Positions 32,053 to 42,023 of a DNA stretch of 64,000 nucleotides are shown piece after piece; position 1 is the first letter of the stretch, and every line of letters starts with the position of its first letter. This stretch comes from a virus. Under the pieces are notes generated by a model that saw only the letters and a program-made list of their open reading frames with translations, was not told where the DNA came from and did no database searches. The translations under genes and the position numbers were made by a program. The stretch lies in IMG/VR virus record IMGVR_UViG_3300025695_000007, positions 14,692-78,691 of that record. One strand, given 5' to 3'.

Positions 32053-35000
32053 TATGCGGCCCCGTAGGGATTTAATATACCTCCTGAGCGTTTTTGATTT
32101 TGTAGCTCTTGCTGTACTGCTCTTGCAATAACTTGTCCAAGATTTCCTGCTTGTGCAGAATCTTGTTGAGTATTTGTAGACGCATTTCCTTGATTATCAA
32201 CAGATACGTTTACAGTAACATTATTTTGCTGTCCTGCACCCTGCATACTTACAGGAATTGACTTTCCGTCTGGCAAAGGAACTACAGCTTCTGTTCCATG
32301 TAACATTGCTGGGTATCCCGCGTTTGCTCCACGAGCAATACCTCCAGAAGCATATCCATTCATGTCTTTTCCGTTTGAAACTATTCCTCCATACCTTTTT
32401 GAGGGTACTCCTAAGAAGTTTCCAAAGCTGCTTCCCCCTAGTGCGCCTTCTAGTAGTCTCATCATTAACATTTTTGCTATAATATCTCCTAAGTTTTTTA
32501 GCATACTTAGAGCCATGTCTGCAAAAGCTTGTTTGGCTGATTTAGTTCCGTCTATTAAAGAAGAAAACGCAGAAGAGAGACTACTTTGAAGAGTATTACC
32601 TAATTGAAGACCCATACTTTTAATATCGTCCATGCCATCTTCAGTAACTTTTATATTTTCAAGAGTGGCAGCTCTTCTATTGCCTAACTCTTCTAGCTCT
32701 TGTGCAATTGCTGCAATTCTTAATGAACTAATATCAGTTCCAAGCTCTAAAGTCCTGGCTTCGATTGTAGCATCTATGGTTTTTAATTCCAGTAATTTTT
32801 CTCTAAGAGCTATCTCTGACTGTGCTCTAGTAGCAAACTCTCCTGAGAGTCTAGAGGTTTGCATTCTTTCAATATTTAACTCGCGCTCCTCTGTTTTAAG
32901 GCTAGAATATGTATTTGCTAGTGTAGTTAACTTATTCTCTAAGTCAGCTAGTCCCATTCCGGTAGCATCTTGAAACTCTTCATTTAATGCTGACGCTCCC
33001 ATTCCTAGAGTGCCTACAGTATCCTCCATTGCTTTTCTTACGTCTCTGAGTTTAGCTTTTAAGTCATCTATGCCTTCTATAGAGCTAAAAGCTTCTGAAG
33101 GACTGGCCCCTACAACATCTAAAGTATTTCTAAATCCTTCAAAATTTGCAACTGCTTCTGCTCCAGACTTTTCAAGAGTTTGTACGTCTCCAATAAAAGC
33201 TGCTATTCCTAGTGGGGTAGAAAAGTCTGCATTTTGCCATTTTCGACCCAACTCTCCCATTAATCCTGGCAATTGAGATGCGTAGCCTAAAGCTTCTCGA
33301 AGCCCTGTAATCAGAGTACTCTGTCTTTCTGGATCTGTAGTATTAAGGGCAGATATTCCAATATTCGAAAGTCCTGTAGTGCTAACAGCTCTTGCTCCTA
33401 TTAAAGCATCTTGAAAGCTTGTTGTATCTTTCAATTTTTTATAGTTTTCTATCATAGAGGCTAAAGATGAATTAAGACGATCAATATTTGTCTTTGCAGC
33501 ATCAAACTTTTCATTTAAAACATCCTGGGCAAGTGCTCCTTCTTGAATGCTTTCAAGTCCTTCACCTAAATCACTCTTAGCAAACATGTCTACGAAACTT
33601 GCTGTACCTTCAGATACATCTCCTAGTACTTCAGTACCGGCTCTCATAGTAGCTATAAAATTGTCGAATTTTTCATCTACTATTGCTAATTTTTCTACAT
33701 TTTCTGCAGCCGAGTTAAAATTTAAAAGCCTTAATCCAGCACCTATTTTTTCTCCTACTATTCTTATAAACCCTGTTAAGTATCCCACACTATTATCTAA
33801 TAAGGTTAATATAGCATTTTGTACAAAAGTAATTACTTTTACTATTCCTTTTCCTGGGCCTGATTGTACAAATCTATCTACAAGCCCCAATATTGAGAGT
33901 GTAATATCATATATACTACGCTTTAGCTCCTTGAAACCTTCTATTAAGATAGTTATAGACCCAATTATTCCAAGAACTCCCAGAGCTTTATTGAGAACTT
34001 TTCCCGCAGTAGAAGCTACGTTGGACATACCTTTCATGGTAACTGCAAAGCCTTTGCCCCCTACTGCCCATACTTGCTTAATACGAAGCCAAGCCTTTTT
34101 ATGCACAGATACAAATTTCATAGACCAAGTAGAGTGACTTGCAGTCATTTTCTTTAAGGTATCTTCAAAGTTTCGAACTCTCTTTATGTTTTCTCCTGCA
34201 AAAATACCTGTTGTTATTTGTCCAGTTTTTTTGTATTGAGCTTCAGCAGCTTTAAATGCTTTTCTAAGATTGCTCTCATCCGCTTTATTTAAAGAGGTAG
34301 GATCTGAAGCTAATTTTGTTAAAATTTTTGATGAGGAGCCTCTTTGTACAAAACCTGCAGCTTGTTTTTGCCCTTTTAAACTAGCCTTTGCTTTTGATTG
34401 TTCTAAAGCTGATATCGCTTGTTTTTGAGAATCAGTTAGAGATTTTATACTTGCAGAAGCCTTCTCAGACATTCTAGTAAAACGATCTCCTAAACTATCT
34501 ATTGCTTCCCCCATTTCTTCTGTCGGGATAGCTGCTTTAAATATAGAGAGTCCTAACATTCCGAAAACTGCTATGGCTGCTACTGCTGATCTATTTATAA
34601 TATTTGCGAAACCTTCAAAAATAGGTAAAACAAACTGAGTTGCTTTTTTAACTATCTCATCAAAAGTAACGCTTAATTGCTCGAAGGGATTTTTAAAATC
34701 TGCGGAGTCTAGTGAACCAAACATATTGTTTATCTGTCTATTTACTTCAGCTAATACAGCCTGGCCTCTTTCATACTCTGTTAAAGATTTTGCTGCTTTA
34801 TTATTAGCGGCTGCAAATCTTTTTGTAGCTGTCTCTAGTCGAAGAGTGATTCCTAGTTCGTCTAGTAATTCTGGTTCTGCTTTTGATACACCTCTTAAAA
34901 GTCTATTGAAAGTATCTTCGTAACTTCTCCCTAGTGCTGCTGAAATTTTAACGGCATCATCAGTTAATTTTGTAAGCTGGCCTGTTGTAAAGCCTTTAGC

Positions 35001-35432
35001 TGCACCTATAGCCGCTGCTTCTGCGGCCTGTCCATAATTCAAATATCCTTGAGAAGCCTCTTGCAATGAAGTAGAGATTGAAGACAGCATAGACCCTGTA
35101 CTAGCGGCGTAGGCATTTTGAGCAGATATTAAGTTCTTATAGTTTGCGGCCTGTGTAAGAAAATTAAATGCAGCGGATAGAGCAAAAACATTTGCAGCAA
35201 GAGTTGCATACGCAGGAACAAGCCCTCCGGTTATGCCCTGAGCCATCTTCGAAAAGTTTTTAGTACTGTTAGACGAGGCTTTAGCAGCGCCTTTTAAGCG
35301 TCTATCTGCATTTTGAGAGCCTGCTGCGAGACCGTTGAGACTATCCGCGGCTTTTTTAGCTTTGTTTCCAACGGCTTTTAAATTACCGTCATCGTCTACT
35401 TTTACTTTTATCTTTATCGTATTTTCAGCCAT
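32052..35432 (-). CDS. Tail tape measure protein
   Basis: 1126 aa helical Ala/Gly-rich; EPELLDELG; C-terminal HGTEAVVPL; position after chaperones. Confidence 0.92.
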   Translation of the reverse strand: MAENTIKIKVKVDDDGNLKAVGNKAKKAADSLNGLAAGSQNADRRLKGAAKASSNSTKNFSKMAQGITGGLVPAYATLAANVFALSAAFNFLTQAANYKNLISAQNAYAASTGSMLSSISTSLQEASQGYLNYGQAAEAAAIGAAKGFTTGQLTKLTDDAVKISAALGRSYEDTFNRLLRGVSKAEPELLDELGITLRLETATKRFAAANNKAAKSLTEYERGQAVLAEVNRQINNMFGSLDSADFKNPFEQLSVTFDEIVKKATQFVLPIFEGFANIINRSAVAAIAVFGMLGLSIFKAAIPTEEMGEAIDSLGDRFTRMSEKASASIKSLTDSQKQAISALEQSKAKASLKGQKQAAGFVQRGSSSKILTKLASDPTSLNKADESNLRKAFKAAEAQYKKTGQITTGIFAGENIKRVRNFEDTLKKMTASHSTWSMKFVSVHKKAWLRIKQVWAVGGKGFAVTMKGMSNVASTAGKVLNKALGVLGIIGSITILIEGFKELKRSIYDITLSILGLVDRFVQSGPGKGIVKVITFVQNAILTLLDNSVGYLTGFIRIVGEKIGAGLRLLNFNSAAENVEKLAIVDEKFDNFIATMRAGTEVLGDVSEGTASFVDMFAKSDLGEGLESIQEGALAQDVLNEKFDAAKTNIDRLNSSLASMIENYKKLKDTTSFQDALIGARAVSTTGLSNIGISALNTTDPERQSTLITGLREALGYASQLPGLMGELGRKWQNADFSTPLGIAAFIGDVQTLEKSGAEAVANFEGFRNTLDVVGASPSEAFSSIEGIDDLKAKLRDVRKAMEDTVGTLGMGASALNEEFQDATGMGLADLENKLTTLANTYSSLKTEERELNIERMQTSRLSGEFATRAQSEIALREKLLELKTIDATIEARTLELGTDISSLRIAAIAQELEELGNRRAATLENIKVTEDGMDDIKSMGLQLGNTLQSSLSSAFSSLIDGTKSAKQAFADMALSMLKNLGDIIAKMLMMRLLEGALGGSSFGNFLGVPSKRYGGIVSNGKDMNGYASGGIARGANAGYPAMLHGTEAVVPLPDGKSIPVSMQGAGQQNNVTVNVSVDNQGNASTNTQQDSAQAGNLGQVIARAVQQELQNQKRSGGILNPYGAA

Positions 35433-35860
35433 TAGCCTTGTACATTATGGGTGTAGTTCTTACCACCGCTTTTAGCTTTACGCTCTTCTGCTTTTCGTTT
35501 TCTATCTGCTTCTTCAGATCTATATCCCATTAATATTCTTTCATACAATTTCATAAAATATAATATAACTTTTGGATCTTGTACTTCGTAAATATCAAAT
35601 AATTGTGAGCAATGTGACCAGTCTTTTCCACAATAAGTGCCGGACATACCTTCCCAGACATCTGATAGTAAATTAAACATAAAAAATGCCACTTGTACCT
35701 CTGCCGGAAAATCCGACTCGGTAAGTGGCATCTTTTGGGGATCGGGTTCTTCACCCAATTGCTCGCATATCTGTAGATATTGATCTATAGATATTGGTGA
35801 AGACTGTTCTTTCACATAACGAGCAAGTAAATCCTGAATATGGGCTACTTGCTCCCAGTA
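35432..35860 (-). CDS. Tail assembly chaperone, T segment (reached by -1 frameshift)
   Basis: Frame open from slippery site 35860-35866; no RBS at the track's GTG (35815). Confidence 0.8.
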   Translation of the reverse strand, partial: YWEQVAHIQDLLARYVKEQSSPISIDQYLQICEQLGEEPDPQKMPLTESDFPAEVQVAFFMFNLLSDVWEGMSGTYCGKDWSHCSQLFDIYEVQDPKVILYFMKLYERILMGYRSEEADRKRKAEERKAKSGGKNYTHNVQG

Positions 35861-35866
35861 AAATTT
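35821..35866 (-). other. Programmed -1 frameshift signal (A_AAU_UUU + downstream hairpin)
   Basis: Heptamer 35860-35866, 5-nt spacer, 9-bp stem GAGCAAGTA/TACTTGCTC. Confidence 0.82.
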
Positions 35867-36285
35867 TCAAGATTTGAAACAGTATCTGTAATCCAAGAAT
35901 CAAAACTATTAGAATTACGCATTAGTAATTCCGCATTGTCTTGTGTAAAAGGTAGTTCATCGTCAGGATTCTGTTTCGAAATATCCACCAAAAGAAACTC
36001 TTCTAAGTATGAAAATTTCAAGCCAGACCAACCTTTGATAACTGCACTTACATACTCTTCCAGAAACTTATCTTCATCTAAATTTTCTTCTGGCTGATGA
36101 GTACGCTTATTAAATTTTGTGCTAACACATCTCTTTCGAAGTTTTAGTAATTCATCTCTGCCCAAGTAACAAATATCTACAGTAAATCCTTTATACCCAG
36201 GAAAGTCAATAGATACTGTCTTGCTTGGAGTTAATAAACTCGCTAATGAAACTGGAGCGGCTTTAGAAGTTACTGAATCTGTCAT
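35845..36285 (-). CDS. Tail assembly chaperone G
   Basis: IKGWSGL...PFTQDNAELL; between tail tube and tape measure. Confidence 0.85.
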   Translation of the reverse strand: MTDSVTSKAAPVSLASLLTPSKTVSIDFPGYKGFTVDICYLGRDELLKLRKRCVSTKFNKRTHQPEENLDEDKFLEEYVSAVIKGWSGLKFSYLEEFLLVDISKQNPDDELPFTQDNAELLMRNSNSFDSWITDTVSNLENFTGSK

Positions 36286-36310
36286 TGTATATCCTTTTAT
36301 TGTTTTTATG

Positions 36311-36343
36311 AAAACAAGCGGGGGTTTTTACACCCCCACTTTT
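36311..36343 (-). terminator. Hairpin/possible terminator downstream of tail tube gene
   Basis: GGGGGT/ACCCCC stem followed by CTTGTTTT on minus strand. Confidence 0.5.
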
Positions 36344-36352
36344 ATTGTTATT

Positions 36353-36381
36353 AGTATAGAAGATCTCAACATAAAAGTCAA
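36353..36381 (-). promoter_or_regulatory. Sigma70 promoter for chaperone/tape-measure operon
   Basis: TTGACT-17-TATACT. Confidence 0.75.
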
Positions 36382-36403
36382 GAACTATTTTTCTATGCTA
36401 ACA

Positions 36404-37525
36404 CTATGCACCCTTGTAAGTAAGCGTAACTTCGTCTGTTAATTCAATGCTGCTTGGTAGAGCATTGAAATTCGTTTCAAGAGAAATTACATCTTCAATA
36501 GAGTGAGTAGGAATGTCTACGTGAGCAGTAGGCATTGCTAGCTCTAGTGCTGGAGCGGAAGTTCCACCAACTTTAAATGTAAGTGCAAAAGAGTTAGTAA
36601 CAACATTTGAAATTGACTTAACATCTTGGAAGAAGTCAGTAGACTTATTTGTTCCAGCCGTATCTTTTAGTAGATAACAAGTAAAGCTTCCACTTACTGC
36701 TCGACCACCAGTTACGTGACCAATTGGAACATTCACTACACCTAGCTCTTCTGGAGTAATGTAAGTAATATTATTAGTAATAGTAATACTACCACCAGTA
36801 AGAGTAAGATCGTAAGAGGCTTCTAACTCATCAACAGTATCGCCATCAGGATCCTGAGTAGTAGGTACAATTGTTAATTGTGTGAGACGGTTACGAATAA
36901 AGTTGTCTGTGGCTGTAACGTCTTCGTAGATAGTAGCAGTAGGAAGACCTGTTGCTGTATCATCCACAATTTCTGCTGCAAAGCCTGACCAATCAATCAT
37001 TGCAATACCGTCAATTTCAAAGTTAAGAGTTGCTTCATTAACAACGGCATTTGTTAACTTATACACTTTCTTGTTTGCATTACCTACAACAAAGTAGATA
37101 CTTGCGGTACCTAGAGTAGACTTATTTGAGTTCGAAAAGTCAATATTTAAGTCTGTTGTATCCGCAGTAAATCCTGGGAAGGTATTGGATGCATAAGCAG
37201 CAGATCCTGCCATTAGTGCCCATAATACTTCTTCTACTGCGTGATGGTTTGCTGCTGTATCTGCAGCGCCCGCACCTGTTCCTGCTGAAACGAACGGACG
37301 TACATAAGTACTAAAAGACCACTCTGCTGGGGCTAGAGAGTCGTTAAATGCGCGACGACCCCGCTTACTAGTGCCTGCAGAATCTTCCATCTCTGAAAGA
37401 GCGATTTCAGATACGTTTGTAGCCTGTGAAAAACTGAAACCGTCGAGTACAGGAAGTTCCCATACATTGGCTCCAATTTCCACGTAAACTTTAGTATCGC
37501 GACTAAAATATAATTGTTGTGCCAT
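36404..37525 (-). CDS. Major tail tube protein (T5 pb6-like)
   Basis: SRDTKV, LDGFSFSQ, FNDSLAPAEWSFSTYVRP; synteny. Confidence 0.88.
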   Translation of the reverse strand: MAQQLYFSRDTKVYVEIGANVWELPVLDGFSFSQATNVSEIALSEMEDSAGTSKRGRRAFNDSLAPAEWSFSTYVRPFVSAGTGAGAADTAANHHAVEEVLWALMAGSAAYASNTFPGFTADTTDLNIDFSNSNKSTLGTASIYFVVGNANKKVYKLTNAVVNEATLNFEIDGIAMIDWSGFAAEIVDDTATGLPTATIYEDVTATDNFIRNRLTQLTIVPTTQDPDGDTVDELEASYDLTLTGGSITITNNITYITPEELGVVNVPIGHVTGGRAVSGSFTCYLLKDTAGTNKSTDFFQDVKSISNVVTNSFALTFKVGGTSAPALELAMPTAHVDIPTHSIEDVISLETNFNALPSSIELTDEVTLTYKGA

Positions 37526-37585
37526 TACTTTCTCCTATATTCTTGAAAAGACTTGGACTTGAACCTTTGTTCTTGCCAGTATTTT

Positions 37586-38038
37586 CTAGTATCGAACCTC
37601 TATTGTCATCTCACCGACTCCATATGGTTCAAGCACACCCTCATCAGTATCGATACTAATGATTGTGATTTGATGCGTATATTGTGCTACGCCTTTTCTA
37701 TCTATATACTGCAGTCTGGAGTTATCCTCCAATACTACTTCTACATCTTCCAATAACTTATCTAAGTCTTCTACAGAGTCTTCGGAGTTTACGTAACATC
37801 TTAAAGTTACGCTCATAAAACGGTCTTTATAACCCCCACCTTGATACTCTCGAGTTTCTGACCCCGCATTTAAGTGTACTGCTGGAAATTCTTCTATCTC
37901 ATCCCAGAATTTTAATCTTGGATGAACATTCTCAAATAAGTTTGTAAGGTATTCTCCGTTTCCATTAATACCTTTTAATTTATCTACTAGAGCATTTACA
38001 ATGGCTTGCCTTCTAGTACTATAAGTTCTTGTAGCCAT
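37586..38038 (-). CDS. Tail terminator (T5 p142-like)
   Basis: FWDEIEEFP, SIDTDEGVLEPYGVGE. Confidence 0.82.
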   Translation of the reverse strand: MATRTYSTRRQAIVNALVDKLKGINGNGEYLTNLFENVHPRLKFWDEIEEFPAVHLNAGSETREYQGGGYKDRFMSVTLRCYVNSEDSVEDLDKLLEDVEVVLEDNSRLQYIDRKGVAQYTHQITIISIDTDEGVLEPYGVGEMTIEVRY

Positions 38039-39396
38039 TATTGTCTCCTAGTGTATAATCTTCCGGTTACCATTTCTGCAGCTATTTCTCGTATTGATCT
38101 ATCAATTAATTTACGAGGGTCTCTATCTGTGCTTCCTTGAGCGAATCCTGGCTCGAAAGTTTGATAGGGGTACAGTTGGTAAGTATACCCTACAGAAGGA
38201 AATCCTTGAGCTGTTTTACTTACGTCTGTAATTTTAACTCCTGACGCAAATCTTCCTGTCTGATATTCTAATCCAGGAAGATCCATGTTTTTTGCTACTA
38301 CTGCATTAATTCTAGTATTTAAAGCCGCATATAGTTTTACTTGTGAAAACCCCGTGCTTTTTGGTTTTCTTGTCCTGCCTCTTGCCGGGGTTGCTTTTGA
38401 ATTTTTTACTCTTCTTTTTGAAGTCCCTGCAATTACTGTTTTAACTGGTGCAGGCGATCTCTTTGGTTTTTTTGTCTTTTTTGTAGCTGTAACATTTCTA
38501 GCTTTTGTTAATGTACTTACTACTGTATGAGCCGTTAGCTCTAGTGAGTCTTCTTTTAGAGATTTACTTCCTTTTCTGTTCCACCAGTCTTGCTTAGACG
38601 CCCACGAAGAAATAGCTTCTTCTAACTTTGGTTTAATATTCTTCCAATCATTTGGCTCACTTCCTCCAAAGTTTTTTCTATAACTGCCAATATCTACTGA
38701 AATTAAATAATCTTCTTTAATTGATACATTTAAGTCCGAGTCTGTTTGAAACATTAAATCAAAGTCTCCAAACATATCTCTTAAAGATGTTATTTCTTCA
38801 GAGGACATAAAATCTGAAAAATACTTCGAAGTTTCTAAAAAAGCGAAAGCTTTAGTTAACTGCGCAGCTCCAATTGTAGTTCCTTTATGGTGTATTTCTA
38901 TACCTGTTTTGAACTGAGCTACTTGACTAGCTTGTGCTGCTGCACTAAAATCCATTCCGGGATTTTGTTCAACAAGACTTTTTGCGTCCGTTAAAGTTTT
39001 ATTAGATTGTTTTAATTTTCTATTAACATAACGAACTCCTGTTTTTTTAATAATTTCTAAAGGTACAGTAGAATTTTTATTACTTGTATAAACTACTACT
39101 CTTCCTTTTATACTTCCTGGCGCAAAATAAGATTTAGTCTTAGGATCTTTTAAATGATTTTCTAAGTCTTTTATTGCTGCTTTTGCTGCAAAATCAAAAA
39201 TTTTCCAGCCTTTTGGATCAGGTAAGTCTGGGCTCTTTTCTAGAACTCTATTATACGAATCTCTATAGGATTCTTTAATATTTTCAAGCGTAATTGTAAC
39301 AATGTGTTTATTTCTTGTAAGCTGCTTTCTGGTGCTTTTTCCATCGGCTATTCTAAAAACTTCTTTTAATAGTTTTTTTGTAAGCTGCTTTGACAT
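38038..39396 (-). CDS. Tail completion/neck protein (T5 p143-like, extended)
   Basis: Basic; C-terminal TGRFA...YTY...PY.TFE...RDPRKLI. Confidence 0.75.
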   Translation of the reverse strand: MSKQLTKKLLKEVFRIADGKSTRKQLTRNKHIVTITLENIKESYRDSYNRVLEKSPDLPDPKGWKIFDFAAKAAIKDLENHLKDPKTKSYFAPGSIKGRVVVYTSNKNSTVPLEIIKKTGVRYVNRKLKQSNKTLTDAKSLVEQNPGMDFSAAAQASQVAQFKTGIEIHHKGTTIGAAQLTKAFAFLETSKYFSDFMSSEEITSLRDMFGDFDLMFQTDSDLNVSIKEDYLISVDIGSYRKNFGGSEPNDWKNIKPKLEEAISSWASKQDWWNRKGSKSLKEDSLELTAHTVVSTLTKARNVTATKKTKKPKRSPAPVKTVIAGTSKRRVKNSKATPARGRTRKPKSTGFSQVKLYAALNTRINAVVAKNMDLPGLEYQTGRFASGVKITDVSKTAQGFPSVGYTYQLYPYQTFEPGFAQGSTDRDPRKLIDRSIREIAAEMVTGRLYTRRQ

Positions 39397-39986
39397 TAGA
39401 AGTTTTTGTATAAGTCTAGAACGCGTTTAATATGGTCAGGGAAAGCAACATTATTACGCTGACTAGTACTTGCTTGATTTTGTACTGAAGCACCTGCAAG
39501 TGTGCGGCGCTCTTTGTGCTCATCTTTGATATAGTAAGTAATCAAATCAATAACTGCAAGCTGTAAATCTGCAGGAACAGTTTCATACCCCGCAGTGTAG
39601 ACTACTCTTACCGCTCCAGGGCCTTTTGCCCAGTTACGATAATTTCTACCTCCAGTAGTTCTCATCACAGTATCAGTAGAACTATCGAAGTAATACTCAT
39701 ATGAAGCCTCTGTAAGCGTTACATAACTGTCTTGGTAAGAGTCTCTTTCTTCGACAGACACAATCGTGTTTACAGGACTTTCAGTAAGCTGTATTATGTG
39801 AGTATCCCAATTAATATTAATAACTTCTGTTTTATTAGTAGAGTAGTAGTCTACAATACTGTTACCGCAGTAAGTTTTTATTAATTGACTCACAGATGGA
39901 ATCAAAGCCTCAATACGCAAGTCTTCTTTCGGAGACTGAATACCTTCAGCTTCTTTGTATTCTTCTAGTGTAATTAAGTTTGCCAT
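39396..39986 (-). CDS. Head completion/head-tail connector (T5 p144-like)
   Basis: LITLEEYK, YTAGY...PADLQLA, FPDHIKRVLDLY. Confidence 0.85.
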   Translation of the reverse strand: MANLITLEEYKEAEGIQSPKEDLRIEALIPSVSQLIKTYCGNSIVDYYSTNKTEVININWDTHIIQLTESPVNTIVSVEERDSYQDSYVTLTEASYEYYFDSSTDTVMRTTGGRNYRNWAKGPGAVRVVYTAGYETVPADLQLAVIDLITYYIKDEHKERRTLAGASVQNQASTSQRNNVAFPDHIKRVLDLYKNF

Positions 39987-40000
39987 ATAAGTCAATTAAT

Positions 40001-40030
40001 AAAAACTTGGGGGAGCGAACTCCCCCTCGT
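40001..40030 (-). terminator. Intrinsic terminator after capsid gene
   Basis: GGGGGAG-TTCG-CTCCCCC then AAGTTTTT. Confidence 0.82.
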
Positions 40031-40043
40031 TTTCTGGTTCAGA

Positions 40044-41408
40044 TTAAACTGCGAGGTCGATCTTAACAGCTGAACGGTTACCTGCTGTATCTGCAACCAA
40101 CTCTTCAAAGCCGAGTGATTGAGTAGCAACGATAACACGACGCTGGTTACCAACTTCGTAGTCTTGCTCAACGCTAACGCCACGGAGACGTGGGATTGCG
40201 TAGTTACGAGTGTTAACGGCAAATGCAACTGGAACACCGTCTGCCTCTGAGCCGAAGCTGTCAGAAACGATAACAGGTGAGCCATAAACAGCACCGATTG
40301 CACCAGTGATCTTAGTAGCGATATCAGAACCTACGTCTGTGATATCTGCAAAACCGGCATCTTCGATAAGCTCGAAGTAACGAGCCTGGCTAACGATGTA
40401 GGCAACATCCATAGGATTGATACCATACTTACCCATGTCCTTACGACATGCAAGTAGTTTAGCCGCAGTAAGAGCCTCAGAACCCCCAATGCTAAGAGTA
40501 TCAGCATTTGCAGTAGCATAACCGTCAAGGCCAGTAATTGAACCAGAACCGTTAACAATTGCATTATCAACAGCACGTGCGTGTGCACGAGCAACTGACT
40601 CAACGAGCATAGGCATCAAGTTAATGAGGACTTCTTCGTCAATGTGGTTATCCATGTAAGTCTGTGAGATCAGACGATAAGCATTCAGAATTACTTGTGA
40701 AGGCTTATAGCTGTTGTCTGAATCACCACGGTTTTCCAAGTTACCAGCAGCAGCTGCACCAGTTTGGAAAGTTGCAGGCTCTACGTCAGGCTGGATTGGA
40801 AGTACAGTAGCTGCACCATTTACAGGGATTTCGCGGAAAAGACCAGCAGTTCGGAGGTTAAGAGTAACTTCCTTCTCGATTTGACGAGAAACTTCTTGGT
40901 CAATATCAGCAGCAGTTGCAGCATATGCAATACCTGCTTTTTCTTGAATGTTACGAGCAAAGTTAGTATCCCAACCTTTGCCAGTCATAACACCTAGAAG
41001 GTGAGCGTGCATGAAGTCTTTGCCCCACTTAGTGAGGTCGCCTTGTGCGCCACGATCAGAGAAAGTACGCTTTGAATCGCGCATTTTCGCCATCTCTTCG
41101 CTCTTCTCTTCAAGCTCTTTCTTGAAAGAAGCGAGAACTTCGTTGTAGCTTGCATCTTTCTCAGCGAGTTTCGCTTCGAGGTCTTCTTGTAGACGCTCTG
41201 CACCAGTCTCAACAGCAGTAACTACCGCTGATTTAACTTGCTCTTCTTGAGCTGCTTTGGCTTCTGCCTCTGCTGCTGCTTTTTCTTGCTCAGCTTTTTC
41301 AGCTGCTTTTTGCTCGGCTTGCTTCATTGCAATATTAGCAGCAGTTTGCTCCGCTACTTTTTTAGCAAAAGCTTCCAAGTCGATTTCTGGAGTATTAACT
41401 TCAGACAT
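40044..41408 (-). CDS. Major capsid protein from internal start (454 aa)
   Basis: AGGAG-atcaaa-ATG in frame at 41408. Confidence 0.8.
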   Translation of the reverse strand: MSEVNTPEIDLEAFAKKVAEQTAANIAMKQAEQKAAEKAEQEKAAAEAEAKAAQEEQVKSAVVTAVETGAERLQEDLEAKLAEKDASYNEVLASFKKELEEKSEEMAKMRDSKRTFSDRGAQGDLTKWGKDFMHAHLLGVMTGKGWDTNFARNIQEKAGIAYAATAADIDQEVSRQIEKEVTLNLRTAGLFREIPVNGAATVLPIQPDVEPATFQTGAAAAGNLENRGDSDNSYKPSQVILNAYRLISQTYMDNHIDEEVLINLMPMLVESVARAHARAVDNAIVNGSGSITGLDGYATANADTLSIGGSEALTAAKLLACRKDMGKYGINPMDVAYIVSQARYFELIEDAGFADITDVGSDIATKITGAIGAVYGSPVIVSDSFGSEADGVPVAFAVNTRNYAIPRLRGVSVEQDYEVGNQRRVIVATQSLGFEELVADTAGNRSAVKIDLAV

Positions 41409-42023
41409 TTTGATCTCCTGTTGTGCGGATAATTCCGCCTTTTCCGGTGTGTCACTAGCTACGCTAGAGGTATTGACCTCGTCCTTAGCCAGAGTCTGAC
41501 CGGCTAGATCTACACGATTTGTGAAAGTTTTCTTGAACTCCTCATACTCATCCATCGAGTTAAAGGATTTCGCCAAAGAGAAAGTAGCTGCCTGATTGCA
41601 AGGTACGGAAACAACCGAAACTTCAAACAACTCAGCGTCCTTAATCATTAATCCATCAGTTTCCTTAATATAATCCGCATCCTTGACTCGGAAACCGACA
41701 GAAAAGGCTCCAAGGACACCGTCTTTAACTAACTCAGCAACATTGCCAGGGGCACTTTTGCTAATCTTGCATTCTAATTCCAGACCATTAGGACCAGCTT
41801 TCATACCAGTCGCACGACCAATTGGTCGATCATAGTCATGGTTGAAAAGAATAATAGGATTCTTTTCAAAGTTTGCTAGCCCACCTTTTGTCCATGCTTC
41901 GTGAGATATAGAATCTCCAGCACGGTCAAAGTCAGCAGTACTAGCCATCCCACGAATCATTACACTGCCATCTTCTGCAGCTTGTGATTTAAATGTGGAG
42001 GTAAGATTAAATATTTTTTCCAT
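40044..42023 (-). CDS. Prohead protease - HK97-fold major capsid fusion ORF
   Basis: Protease motifs LFNHD, FSVGF, EVSVVSVPCN in first ~160 aa, then coiled-coil delta domain and capsid domain. Confidence 0.9.
   Translation of the reverse strand: MEKIFNLTSTFKSQAAEDGSVMIRGMASTADFDRAGDSISHEAWTKGGLANFEKNPIILFNHDYDRPIGRATGMKAGPNGLELECKISKSAPGNVAELVKDGVLGAFSVGFRVKDADYIKETDGLMIKDAELFEVSVVSVPCNQAATFSLAKSFNSMDEYEEFKKTFTNRVDLAGQTLAKDEVNTSSVASDTPEKAELSAQQEIKMSEVNTPEIDLEAFAKKVAEQTAANIAMKQAEQKAAEKAEQEKAAAEAEAKAAQEEQVKSAVVTAVETGAERLQEDLEAKLAEKDASYNEVLASFKKELEEKSEEMAKMRDSKRTFSDRGAQGDLTKWGKDFMHAHLLGVMTGKGWDTNFARNIQEKAGIAYAATAADIDQEVSRQIEKEVTLNLRTAGLFREIPVNGAATVLPIQPDVEPATFQTGAAAAGNLENRGDSDNSYKPSQVILNAYRLISQTYMDNHIDEEVLINLMPMLVESVARAHARAVDNAIVNGSGSITGLDGYATANADTLSIGGSEALTAAKLLACRKDMGKYGINPMDVAYIVSQARYFELIEDAGFADITDVGSDIATKITGAIGAVYGSPVIVSDSFGSEADGVPVAFAVNTRNYAIPRLRGVSVEQDYEVGNQRRVIVATQSLGFEELVADTAGNRSAVKIDLAV

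Noticed and set aside
10931-41499. Numerous 60-200 aa antisense or alternate-frame ORFs inside long genes (e.g. 10931-11413, 33547-34137, 39992-40303)
   Set aside because: Shadow ORFs without RBS or recognisable motifs
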